Virus record (IMG/VR): IMGVR_UViG_3300027769_000001 | Strand: one strand, 5' to 3' | Source: an uncultured virus (IMG/VR IMGVR_UViG_3300027769_000001) | Taxonomy: Duplodnaviria > Heunggongvirae > Uroviricota > Caudoviricetes | Length of the DNA stretch: 64,000 bases | Shown here: one piece after another, positions 28,337 to 36,785 of the stretch | Layout of the letters: each line of letters starts with the position of its first letter | Numbering within the stretch: the first letter of the stretch is position 1 | Program-made: the position numbers and the translations under genes | The notes under the pieces: generated by a model | Seen by the model: the letters and a program-made list of their open reading frames with translations, nothing else | Told to the model about the DNA's origin: nothing | Databases searched by the model: none

Positions 28337-31300
28337 ATGACCGCATCCAACACCACACCAGAAGGCTTCCGGACTGCGGCCTATCTCGCCACCCGCGCTC
28401 GCTTGGACGCCGCACGCAGCCGCAGCGGCAAAACCAACCGCAGCGTTGACTGCAAACCCCCCAACACCCAGTGCGGCGGCCGTTGCATCCCCCCTTCCTG
28501 GGACTGCCGCATCAAAGGCGAAGGCCCCGACCCTCACCTCCGCGCAGTCCGCACTGATCCAGTCAGCGGCCTAGCCAACATCGAGCGCGGCATCAAACGC
28601 ATCGGCAAAGGCCTCCGCAAAGGCAGCTTCTCCGAGATTGAAGGTGGCAAACGCGCCATCGTCCGCGGTGTCGTCAAGGCCACTCCAGGTGACATCCAAC
28701 GCAAAAAAGCCCTCCAAGCGCAGCTCGAGCGCCGCGCCGCAGGCATCGCACTCGGCCTGAGCATCGTCGGCTTCGGCTTGTTCAGCCACAACCAACTCAA
28801 GCGCGCACCGTTCTACCGCGACGGCGTAGGTCGCCGCATTGACGACGCCGTCTCCGCCGGCATCAACCGCGTACTGGACGCCACTCCTGGCATCGGAGCC
28901 CGCCGCGCTGAACGCCGCGCCGCTGCTGGTGCAGCAGGGATGGCAGCCACTGCCCGCGCCGCCACCACCGCCGCCAGCGGTCCCGAGACCCTTCGCAGCG
29001 GCCTACTCCGCACACCTACCGACCTAGAGCGCCGCTCCACCGAGTACGGCAACTCTCGCGTCCTGTTCAACCGCATCAGCAGTGTCGACATCGACGCCGC
29101 CAACCGCGGAACCAACCTCGAGACATGGCGCCAGACCAGCCTCGAGTCTTTCTGGGGCACCAAGCGCACCAACGCCGCCGGTCCCGGAGACGGCAGCACC
29201 TTCTCCGAGCCCGCCACCCACGAGTTCCTCTCCCGCCAGTTCGGCTTCCGCCTAGACCGTTACACGAATGACACACAAGTTCGCCGTGCCGTATCGACTG
29301 CGCTGACCCGCGAAGCCGTAAACCTCCAAGGTCTCGCACGGCAGCAGGGCGTCAACCTCAAAGACGCTGATGCGCGTAACGCGTTCTTGAATCGCATCGT
29401 GGGCCCCTCCACTGCGAACTTCCCCGCAGACGTGCGTGACCGCGCTGTCAAAAACCTCGATGACGTCCTAGGCAACCCCGTCAGCAAAGGACGCGAAGCC
29501 ACCATCAGCCGCAAAGAGCTGGCTGACCGTTACTACCGCGAAACGCGAGACGGCTTCGACCAGTACTTCGCCCGCATTGCTGATGAAGTCCGGCAAACGC
29601 CCGGCGTAGCCATGCCGAAGGAGCAACGCAAAGGCGGCTACGACAGTTTGATGATCAGCGCCAGGATCGGCCACTCCCGCTACCTCGCAGGTCGCCTCAA
29701 CAAAACCATCCCGAGCATGGGCCCCGGCGTCTCCGACGTGGTCGCCAAGGAGTACTTCGCCACCCAGGTGCAGAAGTCCAGCACGTTTTCGCTGTCTGAC
29801 CGCGAAGTTCGTGTCGCCGCTTCTGAGCTGGCTGGCCGCAACATCACCAGCATCGGCGAGGCCACCCAGTACCTCCAGTCCAACGGGTTCCCCCGCCTCG
29901 TCGCAGTGCAGCGTGCACCTTCCGCCGCCTCCGCTGGACTACGCAGCGCAGCATCTCTCACCAGCCGAGCACGCAGCATCATGGCTCGCGCCGGCAACGA
30001 GAACATGAGCCTCGAAGCCGCGTATCGTCAAGCCCGCGCCGAAATGCGCGGCGACGCCGCTGACCTACCTCCACGGGTCGCCGCTTACTTGCAGACCCGC
30101 AACGACTTCGTCGCAGGGAAGAAAGGTCAGGGAAAGCCCTGTGGGGAGAGCCACATCCCCAAAGCGCATGAGTGCAACATTGGCAAAGGCAAAACGGCAC
30201 CCCCCGAGGGCGGTAATCGATCAAACACCGGTGCAAAGGTGGCCGTGGCGGCTGCCCTTGTGGGTGCTGCTGCCCTAGGTGGGCGTGCAGCCTTCAAGAA
30301 CAGGCAGAATATACCTATGTATAAAAACGCTGCTAAATATGTAGACACGGGCATTAAGACAATGTCTTCGACTAAAGTGCGTAATGCTATTAGTAAACTA
30401 CCTACAAAATTCCAAGAACCTGCCAACAAGCTAGTCGGTAAGGCTAAAGTGGGGTTAGCTTTTGTTGCAGCTGACGCGCAGGGCATGAAGCTGACCAAAG
30501 TTGACCCTATCAACAACTTCAGCACGTTCAAAAACCCCACAACGGGTCACGTTATGAGCGTAGGAGCGGTAGACGATACACTTGTGACCTTTGTGTCTAC
30601 TCCGAGCGGCAAAGCAGGCGCCTTTGACAAGTTTGGTATTGCGTTTCAGACAGACCTTAGCTTCGATCAAAAAGAAGGACTCAGCAAAGCACAGGGCTTA
30701 GCCGTCTCTAAACAAGTTAAGTCTATGTTTAGTGCACAACTAGACGAAATGCCTGAGAATGCTGTGCTTTTCAACAACCCCTATAAAGATGATGGATTAG
30801 GTGACAAGCGTAGTGCTATTTACAAGCGCTTCAAGTTCACAGAACTCCCAGGCGTGCGGGGCGGCAACATGTGGGCGCTCAAAAACCAAGGCAAACTGAC
30901 CAAAATCCCACCTGAGCAAGCTGACTACGTGGCAAAGCTCATCCGTGGCGATGCCGAAGACACCCGGATTGACCTCAAATGTGGTAAAGGTTCCATCTCC
31001 GAGGGCGAAAAATGTACAAAAGGTGCCGCCACTAAGGTAAATCCTAATGCGGCAGCTTCCAATCGCAAACTTGCCGTAACCGCAGCGGCAGCCGGAGCAG
31101 TAGCTTTAACTGCTGCTCTAACTGCTAAGAGCTGGACACCAGCAGTTCAACGTATATGGGATAATGCCCGCGTTGTAACCCCTAAAGACGCTACTTATTT
31201 AACTGAGGGCCGTAGTGGTAAAGTCTGGCTGTCTAACGATAACAAGTTTGTAATAAAAACCAGTAAAGGAAAAGTGAACATGAAAAAGTTCACTAACGAA

Positions 31301-31777
31301 ATGAATACGCAAAATGCGCTCCACAGCGCTGGCGTTAGCGTTCCTAAGATTCACAACGTAGACGCTAAACGCGGCGTAGTAATGATGGAGTACTTGAACG
31401 GCTATGCCGATTCAAGCAAGATACCCGCAGCTAGTCGTGTGCCTGTGCTGCGAAAAACAGTGTCAGAGTTGCAAAAAATGAGCGCACTTAATGTGTCACA
31501 CGGCGACCTACACCCAGGTAACATCATGGCCAAAGGCACCGATGTAAAAATAATCGACTTCGGCAATGCAGGCCCCGTTACTAAAAACGGCTTATCAGAC
31601 ATAAGCAACATACAACTACAAGCTAAAACAGAAGATCCGAAACTCTTTGCTGCTATAGTTGCCAACAGGAAGCCCCTTGAAGCTAAAATCAGCAGCGGTA
31701 AAGCGCTAACACAAGACGACTTCAACTCTTTCTACACACGCTTGCAACGCGACCTTAAACAAACCTCAGCCGCCTAA
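28337..31777 (+). CDS. Three-module Cys-tagged polyprotein with C-terminal protein-kinase-like domain
   Basis: Three CGxxxI[P/S]xxxxC tags each followed by a hydrophobic helix; EGRSGKV, VIK, HGDLHPGN, IIDFG. Confidence 0.8.
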   Translation: MTASNTTPEGFRTAAYLATRARLDAARSRSGKTNRSVDCKPPNTQCGGRCIPPSWDCRIKGEGPDPHLRAVRTDPVSGLANIERGIKRIGKGLRKGSFSEIEGGKRAIVRGVVKATPGDIQRKKALQAQLERRAAGIALGLSIVGFGLFSHNQLKRAPFYRDGVGRRIDDAVSAGINRVLDATPGIGARRAERRAAAGAAGMAATARAATTAASGPETLRSGLLRTPTDLERRSTEYGNSRVLFNRISSVDIDAANRGTNLETWRQTSLESFWGTKRTNAAGPGDGSTFSEPATHEFLSRQFGFRLDRYTNDTQVRRAVSTALTREAVNLQGLARQQGVNLKDADARNAFLNRIVGPSTANFPADVRDRAVKNLDDVLGNPVSKGREATISRKELADRYYRETRDGFDQYFARIADEVRQTPGVAMPKEQRKGGYDSLMISARIGHSRYLAGRLNKTIPSMGPGVSDVVAKEYFATQVQKSSTFSLSDREVRVAASELAGRNITSIGEATQYLQSNGFPRLVAVQRAPSAASAGLRSAASLTSRARSIMARAGNENMSLEAAYRQARAEMRGDAADLPPRVAAYLQTRNDFVAGKKGQGKPCGESHIPKAHECNIGKGKTAPPEGGNRSNTGAKVAVAAALVGAAALGGRAAFKNRQNIPMYKNAAKYVDTGIKTMSSTKVRNAISKLPTKFQEPANKLVGKAKVGLAFVAADAQGMKLTKVDPINNFSTFKNPTTGHVMSVGAVDDTLVTFVSTPSGKAGAFDKFGIAFQTDLSFDQKEGLSKAQGLAVSKQVKSMFSAQLDEMPENAVLFNNPYKDDGLGDKRSAIYKRFKFTELPGVRGGNMWALKNQGKLTKIPPEQADYVAKLIRGDAEDTRIDLKCGKGSISEGEKCTKGAATKVNPNAAASNRKLAVTAAAAGAVALTAALTAKSWTPAVQRIWDNARVVTPKDATYLTEGRSGKVWLSNDNKFVIKTSKGKVNMKKFTNEMNTQNALHSAGVSVPKIHNVDAKRGVVMMEYLNGYADSSKIPAASRVPVLRKTVSELQKMSALNVSHGDLHPGNIMAKGTDVKIIDFGNAGPVTKNGLSDISNIQLQAKTEDPKLFAAIVANRKPLEAKISSGKALTQDDFNSFYTRLQRDLKQTSAA

Positions 31778-32640
31778 TGCGCATCCTCGAGCAGTACAAC
31801 GATGCCCTCCGCCGCACCGAGGACGTCTCCATCACCCAACTCAACCGCATCCTCGATGCCGCCTTCAACCGGCTTATTCGCCGCACCCGCACCCAGATCC
31901 GCAATCCTCGCCCCGCTGTCGACCGCAACCTCTCTCTCCTCCAGGAATTCCGCGAGCTCGTCCCCACCTTCCGCCCTGACCGCGTCGACGCCTACGACCG
32001 TGTTTTACGCAGCTTGCTCCGCAGCGCCCAGGGCAACGGAATCGCTGTAGCCCGCGACCTCACCGAGATCGTCCGTCCCTTCGGCCCCCGCATCGACGTA
32101 TCCATCCCGTTTGACGCAACTGTGGCCGCCGCAGCCCAGGCCAAGGGCTACCTCCGCCGCCACGGCGAAAACTTTGCCACCGATGCCACCGAGCTCGTAG
32201 CTCAGGGCATTGCCACAGGTCGTCCCACCGATGCCATCACCAACGACCTGCGCCTCCGCCTTGGTGTGGTCAAGTCCCGCGCCGACGTGATCGCCCGCAC
32301 CGAATCCCTCCGCGCCTACAACACTGCCAGCAACCAGTACTACGCCTCAAACGGCATCGACCTGGTTATGTGGTACGCCACCAGTGACGACCGCACCTGT
32401 CCGATCTGTAACGCTCGTGCGGGCCGCATCTACAAACGCGCCAGTACGAATGCACCGGCACACCCGCGCTGTCGCTGCATGCTCTCCCCTTGGGACCCCG
32501 AGATCGCCGCAGCTGACCCCGAGTACGCCTCTCTACCCCAGCGCCACCGGGAAGAAGTGTCCAAAGTGGCGACAGTCGGCCCTGCTGATCTAAACAAGGC
32601 CGCGGTTTTCGAACAGTTTGCTCCTCAACCTTTCGAATGA
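31777..32640 (+). CDS. Minor head protein, MuF / SPP1 gp7 family
   Basis: RADVIARTES, W.ATSDDRTCPIC, PAHPRCRC. Confidence 0.92.
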   Translation: MRILEQYNDALRRTEDVSITQLNRILDAAFNRLIRRTRTQIRNPRPAVDRNLSLLQEFRELVPTFRPDRVDAYDRVLRSLLRSAQGNGIAVARDLTEIVRPFGPRIDVSIPFDATVAAAAQAKGYLRRHGENFATDATELVAQGIATGRPTDAITNDLRLRLGVVKSRADVIARTESLRAYNTASNQYYASNGIDLVMWYATSDDRTCPICNARAGRIYKRASTNAPAHPRCRCMLSPWDPEIAAADPEYASLPQRHREEVSKVATVGPADLNKAAVFEQFAPQPFE

Positions 32641-32735
32641 GTAAGCAGCAATTAAACGAATGGTAGCAGCAGTTAAGCTAGCAACTACCACATCACATAT
32701 GATACGCACATCGTCAATAGACCAAGTAGGTAGTT

Positions 32736-32966
32736 TCACTTCTCATCCGAAATGTAACGACCATGAGAATCACGCAGTTTACGTGGCCTATTAGCCCGCG
32801 TAGCAGGACTCTTGCGTTGCAGCTCGTACGGAAACAGCTCACTACCCATATGTAGTACAAGCTGTAGAATCGAATTATCTTTCAGTTTGCTCAGAGCAAT
32901 AAGCTCACTTAGGAAAAACAAACCAAAACCAATAAGAGCTTCCGTGTTAGCATCAGGCGCGGTCAT
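32736..32966 (-). CDS. Small membrane protein
   Basis: GFGLFFLSELIALSKLKDNSILQLVL. Confidence 0.6.
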   Translation of the reverse strand: MTAPDANTEALIGFGLFFLSELIALSKLKDNSILQLVLHMGSELFPYELQRKSPATRANRPRKLRDSHGRYISDEK

Positions 32967-33108
32967 GATTGTGCGGATATACCTGCACTCCAGTTTAGCC
33001 AGCCTGTATTTACCCGCTCCGGCTTCTTTAGCGGCGTTCTTGGAGCGTTTTACGGCCCACTAGAACAGAGCAGCTACGCTATATGCAACACCACCCTGGG
33101 CCGCCGCC

Positions 33109-34020
33109 ATGCCCGCCACCGCTACCCGCACCAAGAAGTCAGCCGCTTACGAGGCTGGGATGCGCGAGGGCCGCGCTGATAAGAGTAAAAAGCCCAAGAT
33201 CGAGATCGAAATCTCCCCCGAGGGCGAGGAAGAGGAAGGTCCTGAAGACGAAAAAGAGATGGATGGCGGTATGAAGCCTCCTAGCCGCAAGCGCAGCGCC
33301 AAGGGTGCCAAGAACACCAAGGCACCGATGGATGCCGAGTGCGGCTGCAAGGGCAAAAAGGGCGGAAAGTGCGACGGCAACTGTGGCGGCTCGATGAGCA
33401 AGCGTGGGGACTCCGCTCTCACCCCCCACGAGTACCTAAGCGCCTGCGACCTGGGCATCCAAGACCGCAGCCGCTCCTACATCCGAGCCCGGCTGGACGC
33501 CGCGCAGCGCCTCGACCTCAAGTGCGGTAAAGGCTCCATCTCCAAAGGCGAGAAGTGCACCAAGGGCAGCGCGACCGCTGCTGAAAGCGCCCCTATATCT
33601 ATTAGGAAAGGGATGAAACTAGGTGCTAAAATTGGTGGAGGTTTAGGTGTCGCGCAAGGTGCACTTGGAGGCGCTGTGCTTGGAGGTCCCGCGGGAGCAT
33701 TGGCCGGTGCCGCTGTTGGTGCATTAGGTGGTGCTCTAGAAGGCGCGGTCATTGGAGGTGGCGTTCAGGTAGCGCGTAAAGCAGGAGCTGCTTACGGAAG
33801 AAGCCGCGAACGCAATCGTAAAGTTCAAGCCGGCATTGCAAAGTTAAACCCTAAGTTCAAAAAGCAATATGAAACAGCTAAAGCTAGGGGGGCTTCAAGG
33901 CAGGAGTTGACCCAGCTCTCGATTAAGCAAGCAGGCGAGATCGACAAGCTCATGAACAAGCGTCGCGACTCCGTCTACGCCGCTGGCTTCACCCCCGACA
34001 CCGCCGCCCTGGCAATCTGA
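33109..34020 (+). CDS. Cys-tagged protein with glycine-zipper cargo
   Basis: RLDLKCGKGSISKGEKC followed by a long GxxxG-rich hydrophobic stretch. Confidence 0.75.
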   Translation: MPATATRTKKSAAYEAGMREGRADKSKKPKIEIEISPEGEEEEGPEDEKEMDGGMKPPSRKRSAKGAKNTKAPMDAECGCKGKKGGKCDGNCGGSMSKRGDSALTPHEYLSACDLGIQDRSRSYIRARLDAAQRLDLKCGKGSISKGEKCTKGSATAAESAPISIRKGMKLGAKIGGGLGVAQGALGGAVLGGPAGALAGAAVGALGGALEGAVIGGGVQVARKAGAAYGRSRERNRKVQAGIAKLNPKFKKQYETAKARGASRQELTQLSIKQAGEIDKLMNKRRDSVYAAGFTPDTAALAI

Positions 34021-34023
34021 GCC

Positions 34024-34935
34024 ATGGCCCTCACCCCCGCCTCTCTGCGCCTGGACCTCAAATGCGGCAAAGGCTCCATCTCCGAGGGCGAGAAGTGCAC
34101 CAAGGGCACCGCCACCAAAGCTGAACAGTCAAACTCCGCCCGCAAAGCGCTTGCTGTTGGCCTGGCGGCTACAGCTGTAGGAGTCGGGGCCTACGCCCTT
34201 TCACGGCGTGGCGCACGTCCGATACGATCCGCCTCCCCGACCGCGAGTGCGCCCACAGCCACACCGCCACCATCTGGCCCTCCACGTCTACCTGGCATCA
34301 CCCCAAAAGGACTGCTCAAGGCCGCACCACCGCGCCAGTCCAAAACGCAACGCATGCGTGAGAACACTGCCGCAGCGATTCGCAATGCCGAAGCCCGCGT
34401 TGCACAAACTGCGCGTGAAGAAACCCGCCGCCTTGCACAGATCGGAAACACCATGGCCTCTGCCGGTGAAGCCGCAGGCATGGCCACGAAACTCACAGCG
34501 CGCAATGTCAGGCTGCGCGTCGAAGCAGCTCGCCGCAGGTACGAACCCGGCTATCGCGCCGGTCGCACCGACAACTTCATCCAGCACTACGCCCCGGTCC
34601 AACTGCAACCACCTACGCGGCGTGATGCCTCCTCCGGGCTCAGCAAGCCCCGCGCTCAGAAGGACACCGAGGACGGCAAGAAGTACACCAAAGTCGTAAC
34701 CAACCCCGAAACAGGCCGCAAAAACCGCATTCGCTACGGCGCAAAAGGGTACAAGATCGCCCCTGGCACCGACAAAGGCGACCGCTACTGCGCCCGCAGC
34801 TTCGGCGACATGAAGTCCGAGGGCTTCAACTGCGCCGGCGCCGAACGCAACACCCCGCTCTGTCTATCCCGTGCCAAGTGGCGCTGCAGCGGTAAAGCCA
34901 GCCGCCGTGACGGAGCTCTGACGCCGGGAAAGTAG
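34024..34935 (+). CDS. Cys-tagged protein with hydrophobic helix and C-terminal basic Cys domain
   Basis: RLDLKCGKGSISEGEKC; ALAVGLAATAVGVGAYAL; PGTDKGDRYCARS...SRAKWRC. Confidence 0.75.
   Translation: MALTPASLRLDLKCGKGSISEGEKCTKGTATKAEQSNSARKALAVGLAATAVGVGAYALSRRGARPIRSASPTASAPTATPPPSGPPRLPGITPKGLLKAAPPRQSKTQRMRENTAAAIRNAEARVAQTAREETRRLAQIGNTMASAGEAAGMATKLTARNVRLRVEAARRRYEPGYRAGRTDNFIQHYAPVQLQPPTRRDASSGLSKPRAQKDTEDGKKYTKVVTNPETGRKNRIRYGAKGYKIAPGTDKGDRYCARSFGDMKSEGFNCAGAERNTPLCLSRAKWRCSGKASRRDGALTPGK
34926..34932 (+). other. Predicted -1 ribosomal frameshift site GGGAAAG
   Basis: G GGA AAG immediately before TAG; -1 frame is open 34911-36566 and encodes a tag with no start codon of its own. 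Confidence 0.8.
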
Positions 34936-36566
34936 CCGGCCTACCGCGAACCGACGCCCCCAAGGGCGGCCAGGGCAAGCCCTGCGGAGAGTCGCACATC
35001 CCGCGCACGCATAAGTGCAGCAAAAACGCAGGCCCTTTAACCGCAGGAAACCTCAAAACTGCTGCTAAAGTCGCTCTTGCCGTTGGTGCCCTAGCAGGAG
35101 GTGCTTACTTGACAAAACGCGGAATGATGAGCATGGAGGAGTGGCGTAAATCCCCCCAGAGTGCCCGTAACAACCCCAAGCTGAGCCCCGAAGAAGCCCA
35201 GCGCATCGCCGACGAAGCCATTGCCGGCGGCCAGAAGTGGGACGTCCAGGAAAAGATCAACGCCCACCGCCAAGCGGAACTCAACACCGAGTGCGGACTA
35301 GGCCTGGGAAAGGTCTTGGCCCCGGCGAAGTTTGACGCGCTTATCCCCAAGCCGCGTTGCCAAGCCGGGGCAGGTGCATTCGGCACCTACTTCGTTCACC
35401 CCTCCGAGAAGTACGGCGTCAAGCTCTTCCGCAATGGCGACGAAGACGACGTCGGCTTCGAATTCGACATGCTCGACCGAGCACGGACGGCCGGCGTAAA
35501 CGCCCCCGATCCGCTGTCCATGAATGCTGTTCGCGACATGGATGGCGAAATACGCGCTCAGACCCTGGTGCTGAGCCACATGAAGGGGTACAAACAGCTC
35601 TACGAAGCCCACCACAGTTCCTATGGGCGAGCCAATAACGCGCCCCTTATCACTCAAGTCAAGATCGCCCGTGAGTTTAGGAAGCTCCACATCGAAGGCT
35701 TAGCTCACGGGGACATTCATTCAGGCAACATAATGGTGAATCCTGTTAGCAAGAAAGCCGCTATAGTCGATTTCGGGTATGCCACTAACTTGGATTCTTA
35801 TCATCCTGGCCACGGACGCAGCGGCATTCAAAACCTGATGCAAGATCTGGATCGACTGCCAGAGTTTTTCGGTCTCCCTCAGAATGGTGACGAGTTTCGC
35901 GCGCGCTACAAAGGGGTTATCGACAACATCGAAGTTCAGGCCACCAACTGGGATAAAGGCATCGAGCGCAGCAACTCATGGGATCGTTTCGAGCTCGGTG
36001 TCAAGCGGTATCACGACGCCCTCGAGGCTGAGCTCCTCTGGGAAGACCGCAAACCTCGTTCCCGCTTCATCAGTGGCGCCGACCAACCCCGCATTCCCGG
36101 CCTGACCAGGCGCATCCTCACAGCGAACGCCAACACCTTCCAGCGTGAGGTACTGGAGCAGGTCGCTGCCCAAGGAGATCCCGATCTCTTCAAAAAAGGC
36201 GCGCAGAACCTCGGGCTCAAACCCGCGCGCCTAGTCGCAGCCTTGAAGCCCGAGCGCGATGCCCGCCTAGCGCGCCAACGCCAAAAGCCCTTCGGCACTC
36301 CGCTCCCGCCGGTTACGCGCCCTTTCCGCACTGGTAAAGCTACGCGAAGGCAGCGGCTCCCTGACATCACACAGAAATTCAACTCGGCCGGTGTCTTGCG
36401 TTGGGTAACCAAAGCTCCTAAAGCTCCTGCAACCCCCGCCCCTCGGAGCCTCGGCCGACTCGCGCGCAGCATCATGGAACGCTCCGGCAACGAAAGCATG
36501 AGCCTCGAGGCCGCCTTACGTCAAGCTCGCAACGAGCAACGCGGCTATAGCTCCTGGAGAGACTGA
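34932..36566 (+). CDS. Cys-tagged protein-kinase-like module, probably a frameshift extension of 34024 (ORF track start 35109)
   Basis: GKPCGESHIPRTHKC tag; GAGAFG, GVK, HGDIHSGN, IVDFG. Confidence 0.8.
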   Translation, partial: VAGLPRTDAPKGGQGKPCGESHIPRTHKCSKNAGPLTAGNLKTAAKVALAVGALAGGAYLTKRGMMSMEEWRKSPQSARNNPKLSPEEAQRIADEAIAGGQKWDVQEKINAHRQAELNTECGLGLGKVLAPAKFDALIPKPRCQAGAGAFGTYFVHPSEKYGVKLFRNGDEDDVGFEFDMLDRARTAGVNAPDPLSMNAVRDMDGEIRAQTLVLSHMKGYKQLYEAHHSSYGRANNAPLITQVKIAREFRKLHIEGLAHGDIHSGNIMVNPVSKKAAIVDFGYATNLDSYHPGHGRSGIQNLMQDLDRLPEFFGLPQNGDEFRARYKGVIDNIEVQATNWDKGIERSNSWDRFELGVKRYHDALEAELLWEDRKPRSRFISGADQPRIPGLTRRILTANANTFQREVLEQVAAQGDPDLFKKGAQNLGLKPARLVAALKPERDARLARQRQKPFGTPLPPVTRPFRTGKATRRQRLPDITQKFNSAGVLRWVTKAPKAPATPAPRSLGRLARSIMERSGNESMSLEAALRQARNEQRGYSSWRD

Positions 36567-36578
36567 TCCCCCCCCCCC

Positions 36579-36728
36579 ATGCCGCGCTACAACAGCCCAG
36601 ACTCCGAGCGCCTTGCCGTCTGGTACAGCAAGCTGCACACCGAGTGGCTGCCCAACTGGGTCGATCTACCCGAGAACGCCTTCCACTGGTGGAACCTGCT
36701 CGTGATCGCTCTCGAAGACGCAAGCTGA
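36579..36728 (+). CDS. Small Trp-rich protein (49 aa)
   Basis: MPRYNSPDSERLAVWY...; preceded by a C11 tract. Confidence 0.5.
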   Translation: MPRYNSPDSERLAVWYSKLHTEWLPNWVDLPENAFHWWNLLVIALEDAS

Positions 36729-36785
36729 GACGTACGCCTCCCTATACGACCGTCTCTACGCTGTGTGTAGTAAGGGCACAGTGAG

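Noticed and set aside
30130..30136. Second in-frame GGGAAAG in the 28337 gene
   Set aside because: The -1 frame stops after about 13 codons and the paralogous tag uses GGC AAG, so it is probably incidental; a truncating shift cannot be excluded
35109..36566. Kinase 2 as a stand-alone gene starting at TTG 35109
   Set aside because: A GGAGG lies upstream, so internal initiation is possible, but this start omits the conserved tag and helix in the same frame; frameshift fusion explains more
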